From assembly GCF_009914755.1 (NCBI RefSeq), contig NC_060926.1: DNA of 64,000 bases; one strand, written 5' to 3'. The DNA is from the human T2T-CHM13v2.0 reference genome, Homo sapiens. Shown piece by piece: positions 1 through 17,291 of this stretch (the stretch's first letter is position 1; each line of letters starts with the position of its first letter). The notes under the pieces were generated by a model. It had not been told where the DNA came from, searched no databases, and saw only the letters and a program-made list of their open reading frames with translations. The translations under genes were made by a program, and so were the position numbers.

Positions 1-519
1 GGGGGGTGAAAAAGGAAATATGTTTAATATTAAGACTTTGGCCTTTTAGTGTAAACTGATATTCAAAAATTTCTTCATAGAACATTTGCTTCTTTGCTTG
101 ATCATTTTTCTAATTCTGTACATCTAAAATGCCCAGAATTTGAGTTGCTGTTATAGTCTACTAACATAGAACTTTGGAGTAATAAGATGGGAATTTGTCT
201 CTCTTTTGCCAAGACAAGCATTCGTAATCTAACACAGTATTGTTGCCACGAGTACGAGTATGTGATAGACTGTTGAGAATAAAGAAAGCAGGCACAGTTG
301 GTCAGTCCTAAGATAAAGGAGATGTTTTTCTTATATGTTTGTGCATTAAAGAAAAAAAAATCTTGAATCTGACCAATGATGTTTTTTTTCCTTGTAAGAA
401 AATTTAACAAATGTTTGGCAAGCTTCTGGAATCTAAATTTGAAATTATACATTTGTCATTTTCTTTAAATATTTCTTCACCTCAGCTTTGATTATGAGAA
501 ATCACTGTCCTCTGCTGTT

Positions 520-822
<303 letters not shown>

Positions 823-1561
823 TGTCCTCTGTGGTTTTCTGGGCTTATGTTAAAATTATAACTCAATCACCAGTCTTTATAAATTTGCTTTTTTATATTT
901 AAACCAAACCTAATGCTAATTGTGATATGTTATTTATTCTCACCTGATTTGAATCATTGGATTCAATTAAATGAGTTTAATTATCATTAAATAATTCTAA
1001 GAGAAATAATGTCTATTCGGATGGTGGGAATTTTCTTTCTACATGCAGCCCCATTCTGAATGAATGAAATCAAATCACGTGAAGATCAGGGTCCTAGAGT
1101 AACTTAATATTTTGTACATTGGTTATTTGACTCCTCATTTTTATATTACATGTTATATCAAGGGAGGGGGCATAAAAGAAATACAAAAATTGCAGAGGTA
1201 TCTGGAATGTACCTATTTGTTAATTCTATTTGTCATTTCTTTTGTTTCATCTTTTGAGTAATAAGCTGCTTGGAAAAGTTTCTGTTCTTTAGCTGATTTT
1301 TTAGCTATAAAAATGTATTTGAAAAGCTCATAAATTTCAGGATTGAAAAGATAATTGAAAGTTTTAAAAAAACCTAATTCATTGAAGTAATAACCAAATA
1401 ATTTTCAATCTTGATTCAACTGTGATTCAAATCTTACACCATTTGCCCACTTCTATGAATTTTATGTATAAAATTTTTTAAGAGTCAGAGTTTTTTTTCT
1501 TGATTAATTGGATGTATTTCACAGAATTTCCAACTGCTCACGTTAGTTTTCTTCCTTTTAG

Positions 1562-1618
1562 AGTTGATCTCTCTAATGTATTAGATCTTCATGCCTTTGA
1601 TAGTCTCTCTGGAATAAG
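1562..1618 (+). CDS. ZNG1B: ZNG1/CBWD coding exon (57 bp, phase 2-2): VDLSNVLDLHAFDSLSGIS
   Basis: Polypyrimidine tract with AG at 1560-61 and GT at 1619-20; peptide matches COBW-domain protein; joins in frame to the exon at 12706. Paralogue (CBWD2) assigned by linkage to FOXD4L1. Confidence 0.88.
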
Positions 1619-2228
1619 GTATGTTTTGTATAATTTGGTTACTTTTATTGTTATGTACCTTTTTTCCCCATAGTTAACAGGAATGATTTGCACAATTGCA
1701 TCCATGATTTAAGCTTCCTGCCATTCCTTTGGCATACAAGACCATACTTAATGAGGTATATTCTTGGAAGTTTTACTAACTGGTTGTTTGGAAATCATAT
1801 TGCATTTTCCTGTAGAAATTATAGTGTAAATGATAGTTAACTTTAGAGGCTAATCGTTAACACTTCTACACCAAACACTATATCTAGTACTCTTTCTATG
1901 AGAAAATGCATGAAATACATAGAAAATTTTAGCTTAGCGTTTTCACACAAATAACTCTCTTCACTTTATTTTTTTATTTTTTATTTTTTCTTGAGTTTTT
2001 TTTTAATTTATTTATTTATTATTATTATACCTTAAGTTTTAGGGTACATGTGCACAATGTGCAGGTTAGTTACATATGTATACATGTGCCATGCTGGTGC
2101 GCTGCACCCACTGACTCGTCATCTAGCATTAGTTATATCTCCCAATGCTATCCCTCCCCCCTCCCCCCAACCCACAACAGTCCCCAGAATGTGATGTTCC
2201 CCTTCCTGTGTCCATGTGTTCTCATTGT

Positions 2229-6059
<3,831 letters not shown>

Positions 6060-6122
6060 TATGATGTTAGCTGGTTATTTTGCTCGTTAGTTGATGCAGT
6101 TTCTTCCTAGCTTGGATGGTCT

Positions 6123-7166
6123 TTACATTTTGGCATGATTCTGCAGTGGCTGGTACCGGTTGTTCCTTTCCACGTTTAGTGCTTCCTTCAGGAGCTCTTT
6201 TAGGGCAGGCCTGGTGGTGACAAAATCTCTCAGCATTTGCTTGTCTGTAAAGTATTTTATTTCTCCTTCACTTATGAAGCTTAGTTTGGCTGGATATGAA
6301 ATTCTGGGTCGAAAATTCTTTTCTTTAAGAATGTTGAATATTGGCCCCCACTCTCTTCTGGCTTGTAGAGTTTCTGCCAAGAGATCCGCTGTTAGTCTGA
6401 TGGGCTTCCCTTTGAGGGTAACCCGACCTTTCTCTCTGGCTGCCCTTAACATTTTTTCCTTCATTTCAACTTTGGTGAATCTGACAATTATGTGTCTTGG
6501 AATTGCTCTTCTCGAGGAGAATCTTTGTGGCATTCTCTGTATTTCCTGAATCTGAACGTTGGCCTGCCTTGCTAGATTGGGGAAGTTCTCCTGGATAATA
6601 TCCTGCAGAGTGTTTTCCAACTTGGTTCCATTCTCCCCGTCACTTTCAGGTACACCAATCAGACATAGATTTGGTCTTTTCACATAGTCCCATATTTCTT
6701 GGAGGCTTTGTTTGTTTCTTTTTATTCTTTTTTCTCTAAACTTCCCTTCTTGCTTCATTTCATTCATTTCATATTTCATCGCTGATACCCTTTCTTCCAG
6801 TTGATCGCATCGGCTCCTGAGGCTTCTGCATTCTTCACGTAGTTCTTGAGCCTTGGTTTTCAGCTCCATCAGCTCCTTTAAGCACTTCTCTGTATTGGTT
6901 ATTCTAGTTATACATTCTTCTAAATTTTTTTCAAAGTTTTCAACTTCTTTGCCTTTGGTTTGAATGTCCTCCCATAGCTCGGAGTAGTTTGATCGTCTGA
7001 AGCCTTCTTCTCTCAGCTCGTCAAAGTCATTCTCCCTCCAGCTTTGTTCCGTTGCTGGTGAGGAGCTGCGTTCCTTCGGAGGAGGAGAGGCGCTGCGTTC
7101 CTTTGGAGGAGGAGAGGCGCTCTGCTTTTTAGAGTTTCCAGTTTTTCTGCTCTGTTTTTTCCCCAT
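6123..7166 (-). CDS. L1 ORF1p, intact, 347 aa (9-aa internal duplication)
   Basis: MGKKQ...QNHAKM uninterrupted; REKG and YPAKLS motifs present. Confidence 0.93.
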   Translation of the reverse strand: MGKKQSRKTGNSKKQSASPPPKERSASPPPKERSSSPATEQSWRENDFDELREEGFRRSNYSELWEDIQTKGKEVENFEKNLEECITRITNTEKCLKELMELKTKAQELREECRSLRSRCDQLEERVSAMKYEMNEMKQEGKFREKRIKRNKQSLQEIWDYVKRPNLCLIGVPESDGENGTKLENTLQDIIQENFPNLARQANVQIQEIQRMPQRFSSRRAIPRHIIVRFTKVEMKEKMLRAAREKGRVTLKGKPIRLTADLLAETLQARREWGPIFNILKEKNFRPRISYPAKLSFISEGEIKYFTDKQMLRDFVTTRPALKELLKEALNVERNNRYQPLQNHAKM

Positions 7167-8074
7167 CTTTGTGGTTTTTATCTACTTTTGGTCTTTGATG
7201 ATGGTGATGTACAGATCGGTTTTTGGTGTGGATGTCCTTTCTGTTTGTTAGTTTTCCTTCTAACAGACAGGACCTTCAGCTGCAGGTCTGTTGGAGTACC
7301 CGGCCGTGTGAGGTGTCAGTCTGCCTCTGCTAGGGAGTGCCTCCCAGTTAGGCTGCTCGGGGGTCAGGGGTCAGGGTCCCACTTGAGGAGGCAGTCTGCC
7401 AGTTCTCAGATCTCCAGCTGCGTGCTGGGGGAACCACTGCTCTTTTCAAAGCTGTCAGACAGGGACACTTAAGTCTGCAGAGGTTACTGCTGTCTTTTTG
7501 TGTGTCTGTGCCCTGCCCCCAGAGGTGGAGCCTACAGAGGCAGGCAGGCTTCCTTGAGCTGTGGTGGGCTCCACCCAGTTGGAGCTTCCTGGCTGCTTTG
7601 TTTACCTAAGCAAGCCTGGGCAATGGCGGGCGCCCCTCCCCCAGCCTCGCTGCCGCCTTGTAGTTTGATCTCAGACTGCTGTGCTAGCAATCAGCGAGAC
7701 TCCGTGGGCGTGGGACCCTCCGAGCCAGGTGCGGGATATAATCTCGTGGTGCGCCTTTTTTTAAGCCCGTCGGAAAAGCGCAGTATTCGGGTGGGAGTGA
7801 CCCGATCTTCCAGGTGCCGTCTGTCACCCCTTTCTTTGACTAGGAAAGGGAACTCCCTGACCCCCTGCGCTTCCCAAGTGAGGCAATGCCTCGCCCTGCT
7901 TCGGCTCGCGGATGGTGCACGCACCCACTGACCTGCGCCCACTGTCTGGCACTCCCTAGTGAGATGAACCCGGTACCTCAGATGGAAATGGAGAAATCGC
8001 CTGTCTTCTGCGTCTCTCACGCTGGGAGCTGTAGACCGGAGCTGTTCCTATTTGGCCATCTTGGCTCCTCTCTC
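7167..8074. promoter_or_regulatory. L1 5'UTR: internal sense promoter (-) and antisense promoter (+); YY1 site at 8054-8063
   Basis: CpG-rich L1 5'UTR; CAAGATGGCC intact on the - strand; promoter function rests on established L1 biology. Confidence 0.75.
7623..7931 (+). CDS. L1 ORF0 (antisense 5'UTR ORF), open for 102 aa
   Basis: ATG at 7623 begins MAGAPPPASLPPCSLISDCCASNQRDS, the known ORF0 N-terminus; donor-like sites CAG|GTGCGG (7728) and CAG|GTGCCG (7813). Confidence 0.75.
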   Translation: MAGAPPPASLPPCSLISDCCASNQRDSVGVGPSEPGAGYNLVVRLFLSPSEKRSIRVGVTRSSRCRLSPLSLTRKGNSLTPCASQVRQCLALLRLADGARTH

Positions 8075-8179
8075 CTCTCTTCACTTTAATAATGGATTAG
8101 TTTTCTGCCTTCTCCTGTGGGGAATCTTTTTGGTAAGGGAGGGAAGAAAGATTAGTTATTCTTGTGCATCAGTATCTTT

Positions 8180-8655
8180 TTCTTTTTTTATTGTAGTAAG
8201 AACATCTAACATGAGATCTACCCTCTTAACAATTTTTTAAGTGTACAATACAGTATTGCTAACTATAGGCATGAGGATGTGCAGCAGATCTCTGGAACGT
8301 TTCACTCTTTATAACTGAAGCTTTATACCCCTTGAATAGCAGCTTCCCATTTCCCTGTCTTCATAGCCCCTGGCATCCACCATTCTACACTCTTTCTGTG
8401 GGGTTGACTATTTTAATTACCTGACGCAAGTGGAATCATGCATTATTTGTCTTTCTGTGACTGGTTTATTTCACGTAGCATAAAGTCACCAAGGTTCATC
8501 CATGTTTTTGCATATGGCAAGTTTTCCTTTTTAAGTCTGAATAATATTCCATTTTCTACATATACCACATTTACTTTATCCCTTTTTCTGTTAGTGGACA
8601 TTTAACTTGTTCTCACAGCTTGGCTATTGCAAATAATGCTGCAATGAATATCTCA
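8180..8655 (-). mobile_element. Old L1 3' fragment (L1MA/MB-like)
   Basis: Typical L1M 3'UTR motifs (AAGTGTACAATACAGTATTG, GTGACTGGTTTATTTCAC). Confidence 0.7.
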
Positions 8656-8658
8656 TAA

Positions 8659-9109
<451 letters not shown>

Positions 9110-10348
9110 TTATATATATATTTCTAATTTTGCCTTAGCCATGCCCTTAAAAACTAATTCTACTTTCAACTAGTTTTTTTTTTTCCACCTTCAGTCTGTA
9201 GTATTGTTCACATTTTGAAAACAATACCTACAGTAACCTGTGAGGTAGGACATGATAGTGTTTTATTGGACCCCTTTTACTTTATGAATTGGAAAAATTA
9301 AATTTGCATGTAGTTTGTAAAAAAAAAATAAAGAAAGAAAGAAAAAAGAAATTGATTGAGATTATTTCAGCAGCCAGAAGTGTGGGACAGGCAGGGCAGT
9401 TATTCCTCCTTCTCAGTTTGGAAACTGAAGCTCAGAGAGTAAACTTGTCAGTGACACAGTTATTCAAGAAGTTGTCTTCAGTTGAGAGATACGTTTTTCA
9501 CCTGTAGCTTCTGGTATTGGAACAGTACCTTTTTAGACTAAACAAATTACGGTTAAAATTATAAGGGTATTTTCGGAGTACCTGGAAAAAATCAGCATTT
9601 TGCTTTTCTAGTTCCATTTAGTAGGAAGACAGGAAAGTTTGGTATACCTGAATTACATGTGAGTTATTTCTATTTTTCTAAAAATTCTTATAAATTGTGT
9701 AAGGTAAAAATGACTACTTCTTGTTTTATGGTAAATATAGTTATATCCTTTCAAGCCACTGCTGTACAAAGTTGTGAAATCTCCCTGAGGCTTTTTCCCT
9801 CATGTCAGCTTCAGGTATCCAGTATCACTTATGCTTGATAATGATTGTATGAAAATCATTCAGAATTATACTATGTTTTTTCATATAAAGCTTTTGTTTT
9901 ACTAATTTTGAAATGACTGTTCCTCCATTAAGCGAATACAGCCCTAAGCATAAATTTGGTTTGTTCATTTAAAAATGGTCTTTTTTTCCCATCTTAGTTC
10001 TGGCTTTACTAGGGAGATAGATTGGCTGAGGTTGTCACCTAATTCTGGGAGGTTAAGACCCTTTGTCTTTTGCTACCCATTTCTGAAATAACCAGAAGTC
10101 TAGCCCATCCTAACTTTTCTCTCGATGATCCTTTTCTTCTTTTTACTTCAAGGTTCCAGCCCTTCATTTGACTATCAGTGCTGTTTCACTAGTTAGCCAT
10201 GATCCCTTTCATCCACCGTGTCTGGATTAGAACTGTATTTTTAATTTGATGCTGTGGGCAGTTTTGATAGTTACAGATCCTGTGATACATTTAAATGTGT
10301 TTACAAGGGGAACAAATGAAACAATGCTGCATGAAATTTGCCTTTCTT

Positions 10349-10649
10349 TTTTTTTTTTTTTCCCCTTGGAGACAGGGTCTGGGTCTATTGCCCAGGCTAG
10401 AGTGCAGTGGTGCGATGTCAGCTCCCTATAGCCTCTGTGTCCTGGGCTTAAGCCGTCTTCCCACCTCAGACTCATGAGTAGCTGGGACTATAGGCACACA
10501 CTACCATGCCTGGCTAATTTTTTATTTTGGTAGAAGATGAGGTTTTGCCATGTTGCCGAAGCTGATCTTAAACTCCTGGGCTTAAGTGATCTGCCCACCT
10601 CAGCCTCCCAAAGTAATGGGATTATAGGCGTGAGCCACCACACTTGGCC
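10349..10649 (-). mobile_element. Alu (AluJ-like), first of a tandem pair
   Basis: Antisense Alu dimer. Confidence 0.9.
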
Positions 10650-10973
10650 TTTTCTTTTTTTTATATTTATTTAATTATTTTATTTTATTGAGACAGAGTC
10701 TCACTCTGACACCTGGGCTGGAATGCAGTGGCTATCATGGCTCTCTGCAGTCGTGAACTCCTGGACTCAAGTGATCCTCCCATCTCAGCCTCCTGAGTAG
10801 CTGGGACTACAGGCTTGCACCCATGCCTGGCTAATTTTTTTATTGTTACTTTTTTGTAGTGACAGGCTCTCGCTACGTTGCTCAGGCTCGTCTTGAACTC
10901 CTGGCCTCAAGTGATTCTCCTACTTGGCCTCTCAAAGTGCTGGGATTATAAGCCTGAGCCACTGAACCCAGCA
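10650..10973 (-). mobile_element. Alu (AluJ-like), second of a tandem pair
   Basis: Antisense Alu dimer; AAATTTGCCTTTCTT at 10334-10348 and 10974-10988 flanks the pair. Confidence 0.9.
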
Positions 10974-12705
10974 AAATTTGCCTTTCTTAAACTAATTTAT
11001 CTCTGTTGGGTCCAAGAGCTTACAAGTTGGTTGTCATTTAATATGTTAAACACTAGAATATTTTTTAGTTGAAATTTTATTTTTTCCCTTTACATGTTGT
11101 ATCCTTTAGTGCTTTATTTCACTAATAAGAATTATAGTATGCAATCATTTCCCACCTCTATATTCAGTATATCAATTTTTGTTTTTCCTTTCTACTTCTG
11201 TCTTTTGCTATAATTTGCTGTAATACAGGTACTTTCATCAAGGCATCCAGTTCTTTATATCATTCTATATTTTTACTTGGGAGAAATAGAAATGTTGCTA
11301 ATTCCATCTTACTGACAATACCTAAATTATTGTTTGTTATAGAACATAATGATTTAAATATACAAAACACTAAACTGTTTGAGATTTTTTACATTTTATG
11401 CGTGCAGAATTTACATTTTATGTGTGCAGAGACAAAAATTGTTATAAGATTACAAGTTAATGTGCAAGATGATTTCCGATTCATGAGTTTCAGGTTTTGA
11501 TAGCATATCCTTATCCACTAGATTAGTCTTTTAAAAATGTGTATGATAGGGAAAAAATCGAGGCCATGAAATTCTGAGACTTATGGGAACTAAACTTAAA
11601 TGTTCGTTGTTAGATTTTTTTTTTTTTTTTTTTTGCTGCGTATGAAGTTCTAGGCAGTCATTGTCCAACAACATTAAATACTGAACATATGGGAAAAGCA
11701 TATGATTTTTCGAAATGTTTTTCTAAAGTAATCTCATTCTACATACACTTAAGAGCAGTTATAATGCTTTAGTGACACTTGAAGTAGCTATTTAATGTGA
11801 TCTCACCACTATAGGGAAGGCCGTTGCATGACTTTTTTGTGTGTGCTTAACTGCTAAACAGGAGAATCTTTTCCTGAGCAACCAGCTGGGAAGGATTTAA
11901 TTTGACATTCTCCCTACTAGGACCCCCCAAAGAGACTCATTCCCTCCAATAGTTCCTACAAGTTCTTTCTCTTTCCTAAACTTGCTGTTACTAATTTACC
12001 CCTCACTCTTCTTCAAGGCAAAGCATCTGCAAGGTTTTCAGTCCTTTCCCCCTCCCGTCCTGTCCCCATCAGTGTTGAAATGTATGCTACAGTTATTATG
12101 GTTGTAATTTGTTATGCCATGTTGATCTTCTTGTGCTTTTCATATCAGAACAATGCATTTTTAACATTCTGACTTTCTTTTTCTCTCAATTGGTAACTGA
12201 CTATATAGAAAATTTATATTTATGGATACTATTTCTTTTTTAATAAGTTCAAGGGAAAACATTGATAAAGGAAAATTTATCCTTTCAACTTTCTTTAGGT
12301 GCCAGCATTATTTTCATATTAGGAAGCAGGAGAAAGTTAAGGAACTCTGAGCAATACTAGAATGGTTATATATATTTAAGTTTGTATTAAACCTGTTGGA
12401 ATGGTAAAGAAATTTACTGACATATTTAACCATACAAAATAGTGTTGCTAAAAGACTAGTTTTTCTCTTTATTCTGTGCATATGTATATATATGAATGTG
12501 TGGGTTTTTTTTAAGAAATTTTAAAAAAACTTAATCTGCCAGCTTTTCTCTATTGGAATTTGCGAACAACTTGTAAAATTGGAATTACAGAATATTAGAA
12601 TAGTCAGTTATGGAAAGTCACTTCATTATCCTTGTGTCACTAAATAACGTATAAAGTTAAATCAGAAGTGTATTCATCTCTGAATTTCTAATCAGTTGTT
12701 TTTAG

Positions 12706-12757
12706 TTTGCAGAAAAAACTTCAGCATGTGCCAGGAACACAACCTCACCTTGATCAG
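12706..12757 (+). CDS. ZNG1B: ZNG1/CBWD coding exon (52 bp, phase 2-0): SLQKKLQHVPGTQPHLDQ
   Basis: TTTTTAG| acceptor and CAG|GTAAAG donor; in frame with both neighbouring exons. Confidence 0.9.
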
Positions 12758-14554
12758 GTAAAGAAAAAAAATCTAAATCCAAAATTCCTAATCAATGTTT
12801 TTAAAGGACCTCTTTAACTAGATAGGCTATGTTTAGGACTATTTTATTATAAACTTTTTCTAAAATGGTATTTTTGAACTGTATTGATAATTTTTGGAAT
12901 CTTAAATGCTTTTGACATAGTCTAATTCTATTTCTTAACACATAATAGGAATTCATCAAACCAGATTTGTTTTAGAATCTGAGGAAATCATGCTTTCTAG
13001 CCTTTCCATTCTGTAGATTGCTTAGCATATTGGTTAGTTCTGATAGGGATTACTCCTTAAAAGCAGCCTGGGGGTTCTATAGGCAGTCTGTTTTTAAGTA
13101 TGTTGAATTGTTTAAGGAAAGGTCTGATATAAGCATGGCTTATTTAAATAAAAATTGACTTGGAGTTTCACCTTCAGGTAGCACTATAAATTTGAACTCC
13201 TTAAGATGTTTTTCATGCTCTAAAATTCTAATCCCTAAGGTAAATATCTAAGATGCTAGGAACAATTTAAATATAATTTTACTGTACCTGCGTTTCTGTT
13301 AAGCAGATCATAGATCGTAGAGCTTTAGGATAACTTCTTTGTTCCTCTTAAAACCCTGAGGGGTGGAGTGGGGGATGTGTAAGTGAGCAGTGTGCCTAAT
13401 CTTCCTTCCTCTCTCTCAAGTGATCACTCAGTTTTTGAATTGCTATTGGTTGTAATAGGGCCGAGATAACAGCTACTTGCATTTGTATTCATTTTGGTTC
13501 ACATTTATGAGCAGGTTTGCCACTATGTTTGTGGCACCTTTCCCTGTGAAACTTTTGTTAATAGGATATTCCTCTTCACTTATCTTTAAAATGAATAAAT
13601 GAGAGAAATACAAGTCCTTGGAGATAGAATTTATGGTAAAAAAACAAAAAACCCAGTTCTTCATGATAGTCGGTATCTGTCATATAGCTGAACATGAAGC
13701 ACATTTGAGCTTCTGGGTAAAGAACGTGATGCCAAGAATCATAGGGATGAAAAGATGAAGCAAACGCAGCGCTCACTTTCCATGAGCGTTTGGGGCGGCC
13801 AGTGTCTCCATCCATAGAGCCTCGAATGAACCTCTATTGTGGCGGTTACGATGCCTTGCAGTTTGCTTGAAATGCTTTTGCCTGGCAAGAGTCTATACAT
13901 TCCTTACGTATAAAATCTGTATTGCTTAGTACAGGGCTTGGTGGGTACTCAGTGAGTATTTGTTACAAGAATGAAAAGCTGCGTTTCTCAAATGGGGCAT
14001 AAATCAGAATCGCATGTGGAGCCTTTTTAAAAAAAATTCGATAACTCAGTAGTTCTCACCCTCAGTCTCCAGGATTGGGACTTGGGTATGTGTATATTAA
14101 TGTATATTTTTAACATTTTATTATGGAAGATTTCAAAGATATAAAAGAATAAACAGAATAGTAAAGTGAACCCCTTGTATGCATCACCCAGTTTAAATGG
14201 CATCAACATTTAGCTGATTTTATTTCACCTATCCTCCCAACATTTCTTTTGCCTGGAGTATTTAAAAAAAACAAATGTATTTTAATAGGAAATTTCAAAC
14301 GTGCGTAAGAGTAGAATGGCATAATGAGCCTGTATGTACCTATTGCCCTTGGTGTAGTGTATTAAAGCAAATTCCAGACACTATGTCACTTTACTACTAA
14401 ATAGGGCATATCTATATTTTTGTAGCCTCTGTAGGAGATTCTGATGCACTGTCCTGCTTTAGATAATATAAACATAGGGGAAAATAGTATCACAGCCAAA
14501 GGGCTATGGGATTCAGAGGCATGAACAATTTCATTTGGTTTAGTGGATCTGGGG

Positions 14555-15056
14555 TGTAAGGGAGGAAATTTATCTTTTCCTCGCCTATCACTAGATTCAT
14601 GGCTGAGGTCTCTCTAACAGAAGACCAACTATCAAGAGAAATTTCAACATAGAAATTTATTTAGTAAGTTTTACTTGACACAGGAGCCTTCATAAAACAT
14701 ACCTGTGTATGTTTTCTGTTAGTTATGATATGGAAGAGGATAGTAATGGAGAAGCATAATTAGATAAAACAGTATGATCTAATAATAAACTGGGAAGAAC
14801 TTAGCAAGGCCTGTTTGCTCAGATTTTTCTCTGTGACCCTTCATATTCAGACTTAAGGATGTTCTTTTCCTCTGTGTATAGAGAGGGCACCTCTTAAATG
14901 AGGGTCTTATGACCTGCATCAGCGGAAGGTCAGAAAATCTTTCCTAGGTTTTATGACCTGCTTCAGGAGAGAAGGTGAGAGTGACCTTCCTGATTCTGCC
15001 ATTTTCTCAAATATTGAGTTGCCATATTTTGGGATAGCATGTCCTGAACCCCATCA
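14555..15056 (-). mobile_element. ERV1-class solo LTR (MER31/MER67-like)
   Basis: TG...CA termini; the - strand starts TGATGGGGTTCAGGACATGCTATCCCAAAATATGG, a MER4-group LTR start. Confidence 0.6.
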
Positions 15057-15164
15057 AATGCTTCATGAGGATAGTTTTTTGTTTGTTTGTTTTGGTTTTG
15101 GTTTATTTATTTGCATACAGTAAAGCATGCAAATGTGTAATTTTAGTGTACAATTCGATGTTTG

Positions 15165-15493
15165 GGTTTTGTTTTTGTTTTTGTTTTTTTGGTTTTTTTT
15201 GAGACGGAGTCTCGCTCCGGCTGGAGTCTCACCCAGGCTGGAGTGCAGTGGTGTGACCTTGGCTCACTGCAACTTCCTCCTTCTAGATTCAAGTGATTCT
15301 CATGCCTCAGCCTCCTGAGTAGCTGGGATTACAGGCATGTACCACCATGCCTAGCTAATTTTTGTATTTTTTTTTTTTTTTTAGTAGAGATGGGGTTTCA
15401 CCATGTTGGCCAAGCTGGTCTCAAACTCCTGACTTCACCTGCTTCGGCCTCCCAAAGTGCTGGGATTACAGGCATGAGCCACTGTGCCCGGCC
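15165..15493 (-). mobile_element. Alu (AluS-like)
   Basis: Antisense Alu with a small internal duplication (GGCTGGAGT twice). Confidence 0.9.
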
Positions 15494-17000
15494 TCAATGT
15501 ATTTTTACATATATTTGTACCTATATATCTGTCTATATGCACATTCAAACACATATCCTTCTAACTCCCACTCAGGTCAAGATACAAAAGATATCCAAAA
15601 TTGTAAAGAGTTCCTTTTTGCCCCTTCCTAGTCAAAGAAGGGGTAAGTGCTATTCTGACTTACTTAACAAAAAATAACCTTGAACTGGTAGGATTTTTTT
15701 GACGGTAGGATTTTTTTTGACCGGAAGAAGTAAGGAAAAGAGCAATACGGATGTTTAAAAATGAGAAGGTGAGAATCTTATAGATGAGTAGGTCTCTGGT
15801 ACAGAAGTCTTAGTGGAGAGTTGGTACTGGAATCCTGGTCTAAGGTATTAGGTTTTAATTTGCTAAACAAAGAGAACTCAAGCAGTGCTGTCTAGGAGTG
15901 TTATGTAAGCTAGATTGGACTTTAGAGTCAGGAGACCATGCGGGAAGATACTGTGTGATAAGGGCCTGAAACATGTTGGTTACAGTGAGACTAGAAATGG
16001 GATAAATCCAGAGCTGTTTCACCAGTAGACTTGCCTGAATATCCTGTCTGACTGAGTATGGATCAGAAAGAAAAGAAGGGGTGATGGGAAACGAGCCTAG
16101 ATTGACTAGAGAAACCTAGAAATAGAAAAATCGGGAAGGCAAAGTGATTTGAATGATAATGCCATATATTCAGTTGTCCCTGGTGGCCAGATATTATAGT
16201 ATAGATATTATACAGGCAAAGAAGAACAGAGGGATAGAGTGTGAAGGTACAGATTTTGAGTTTAAGCACATTAGGGGGCTTAGTGTTCTGGATGAAGAAA
16301 ACCTATAAAAGTTATTGTATGTTAGGTATTGTTTGCAAAAAAGTAGAAAATGGAGAAATAACCCAGTGGGTTAAAGAAGAAACAGACTAAATAAACAAAC
16401 CTGAGTAAGTTGTTCCTAAATTTTATTTTAGAGACAATTCCTCATTTTGCTTTAGTTTTCTCAATTATTGCCTCACTTTTCTGTTTCTTTCTGTGTCAGC
16501 ATACATGGAAGAAGGAGTTAATTTTAGATTCAAAACAAAAACTGGAAAAAAAAAGTCTGAAATGGGTAATACCTAGGACCTAGTATATATGTGTTATTAA
16601 GGCTCTATCCCTGAATTTTTAATGCAGTTATCTATTTTTCATGGATTCTTTGTTTATTCCCCATAAGGAACACCTGGGTTTGGAGAGTGGGAAGGTAGAT
16701 GAGAAAACCCAAGTGACAAATAATGTTTAGTTTATTATTAGAACCAACTATGAGTTGTGACCCTTATCTTCTGCACTGGGAATTACAGATTTTTTTCAGG
16801 GTTTTTCTAACGTGAAAAGAGTTTATTGGTGTAGGAAAACATCTGGTTCCAAAATATAGATCATCCTTATTGAGCCCCATGATGCGTTATCTTAATTTTT
16901 AAAGCCTTTTTTGTCTCATACTGGAGTTTATTGTACCCCTTAAAAATATTAAGTCACATATTTAACCTGATAAAAGCAAAAATCATTATAAAAATCTTTA

Positions 17001-17291
17001 GGCTGGGTGTGGTGGCTTATGCTTGTAATCCTCACGCTTTGACAGGCCAAGGTGGGTGGATTGCTTAAAACCCAGGAGTTGTAGACCAGCCTGGGCAACA
17101 TGGTGAAACCCCATTTCTGCAAAAAATACAAAAAATTAGCCAGGCATGGTGGCATGTACCTGTAATCCCAGCTACTCGAGAGGCTGAAGTGGGAGGATTG
17201 CTTTAGCTTGGGAGTTCAAAGCTGCAGTAAGCCATGATTGTGCCACTCTACTCCAGCCTGGGCAACAGAGTGAGACCCCATCTCAAAAAAA
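17001..17291 (+). mobile_element. Alu (AluJ-like)
   Basis: Sense dimer, GGCTGGGTGTGGTGGCT...CTCAAAAAAA. Confidence 0.92.
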
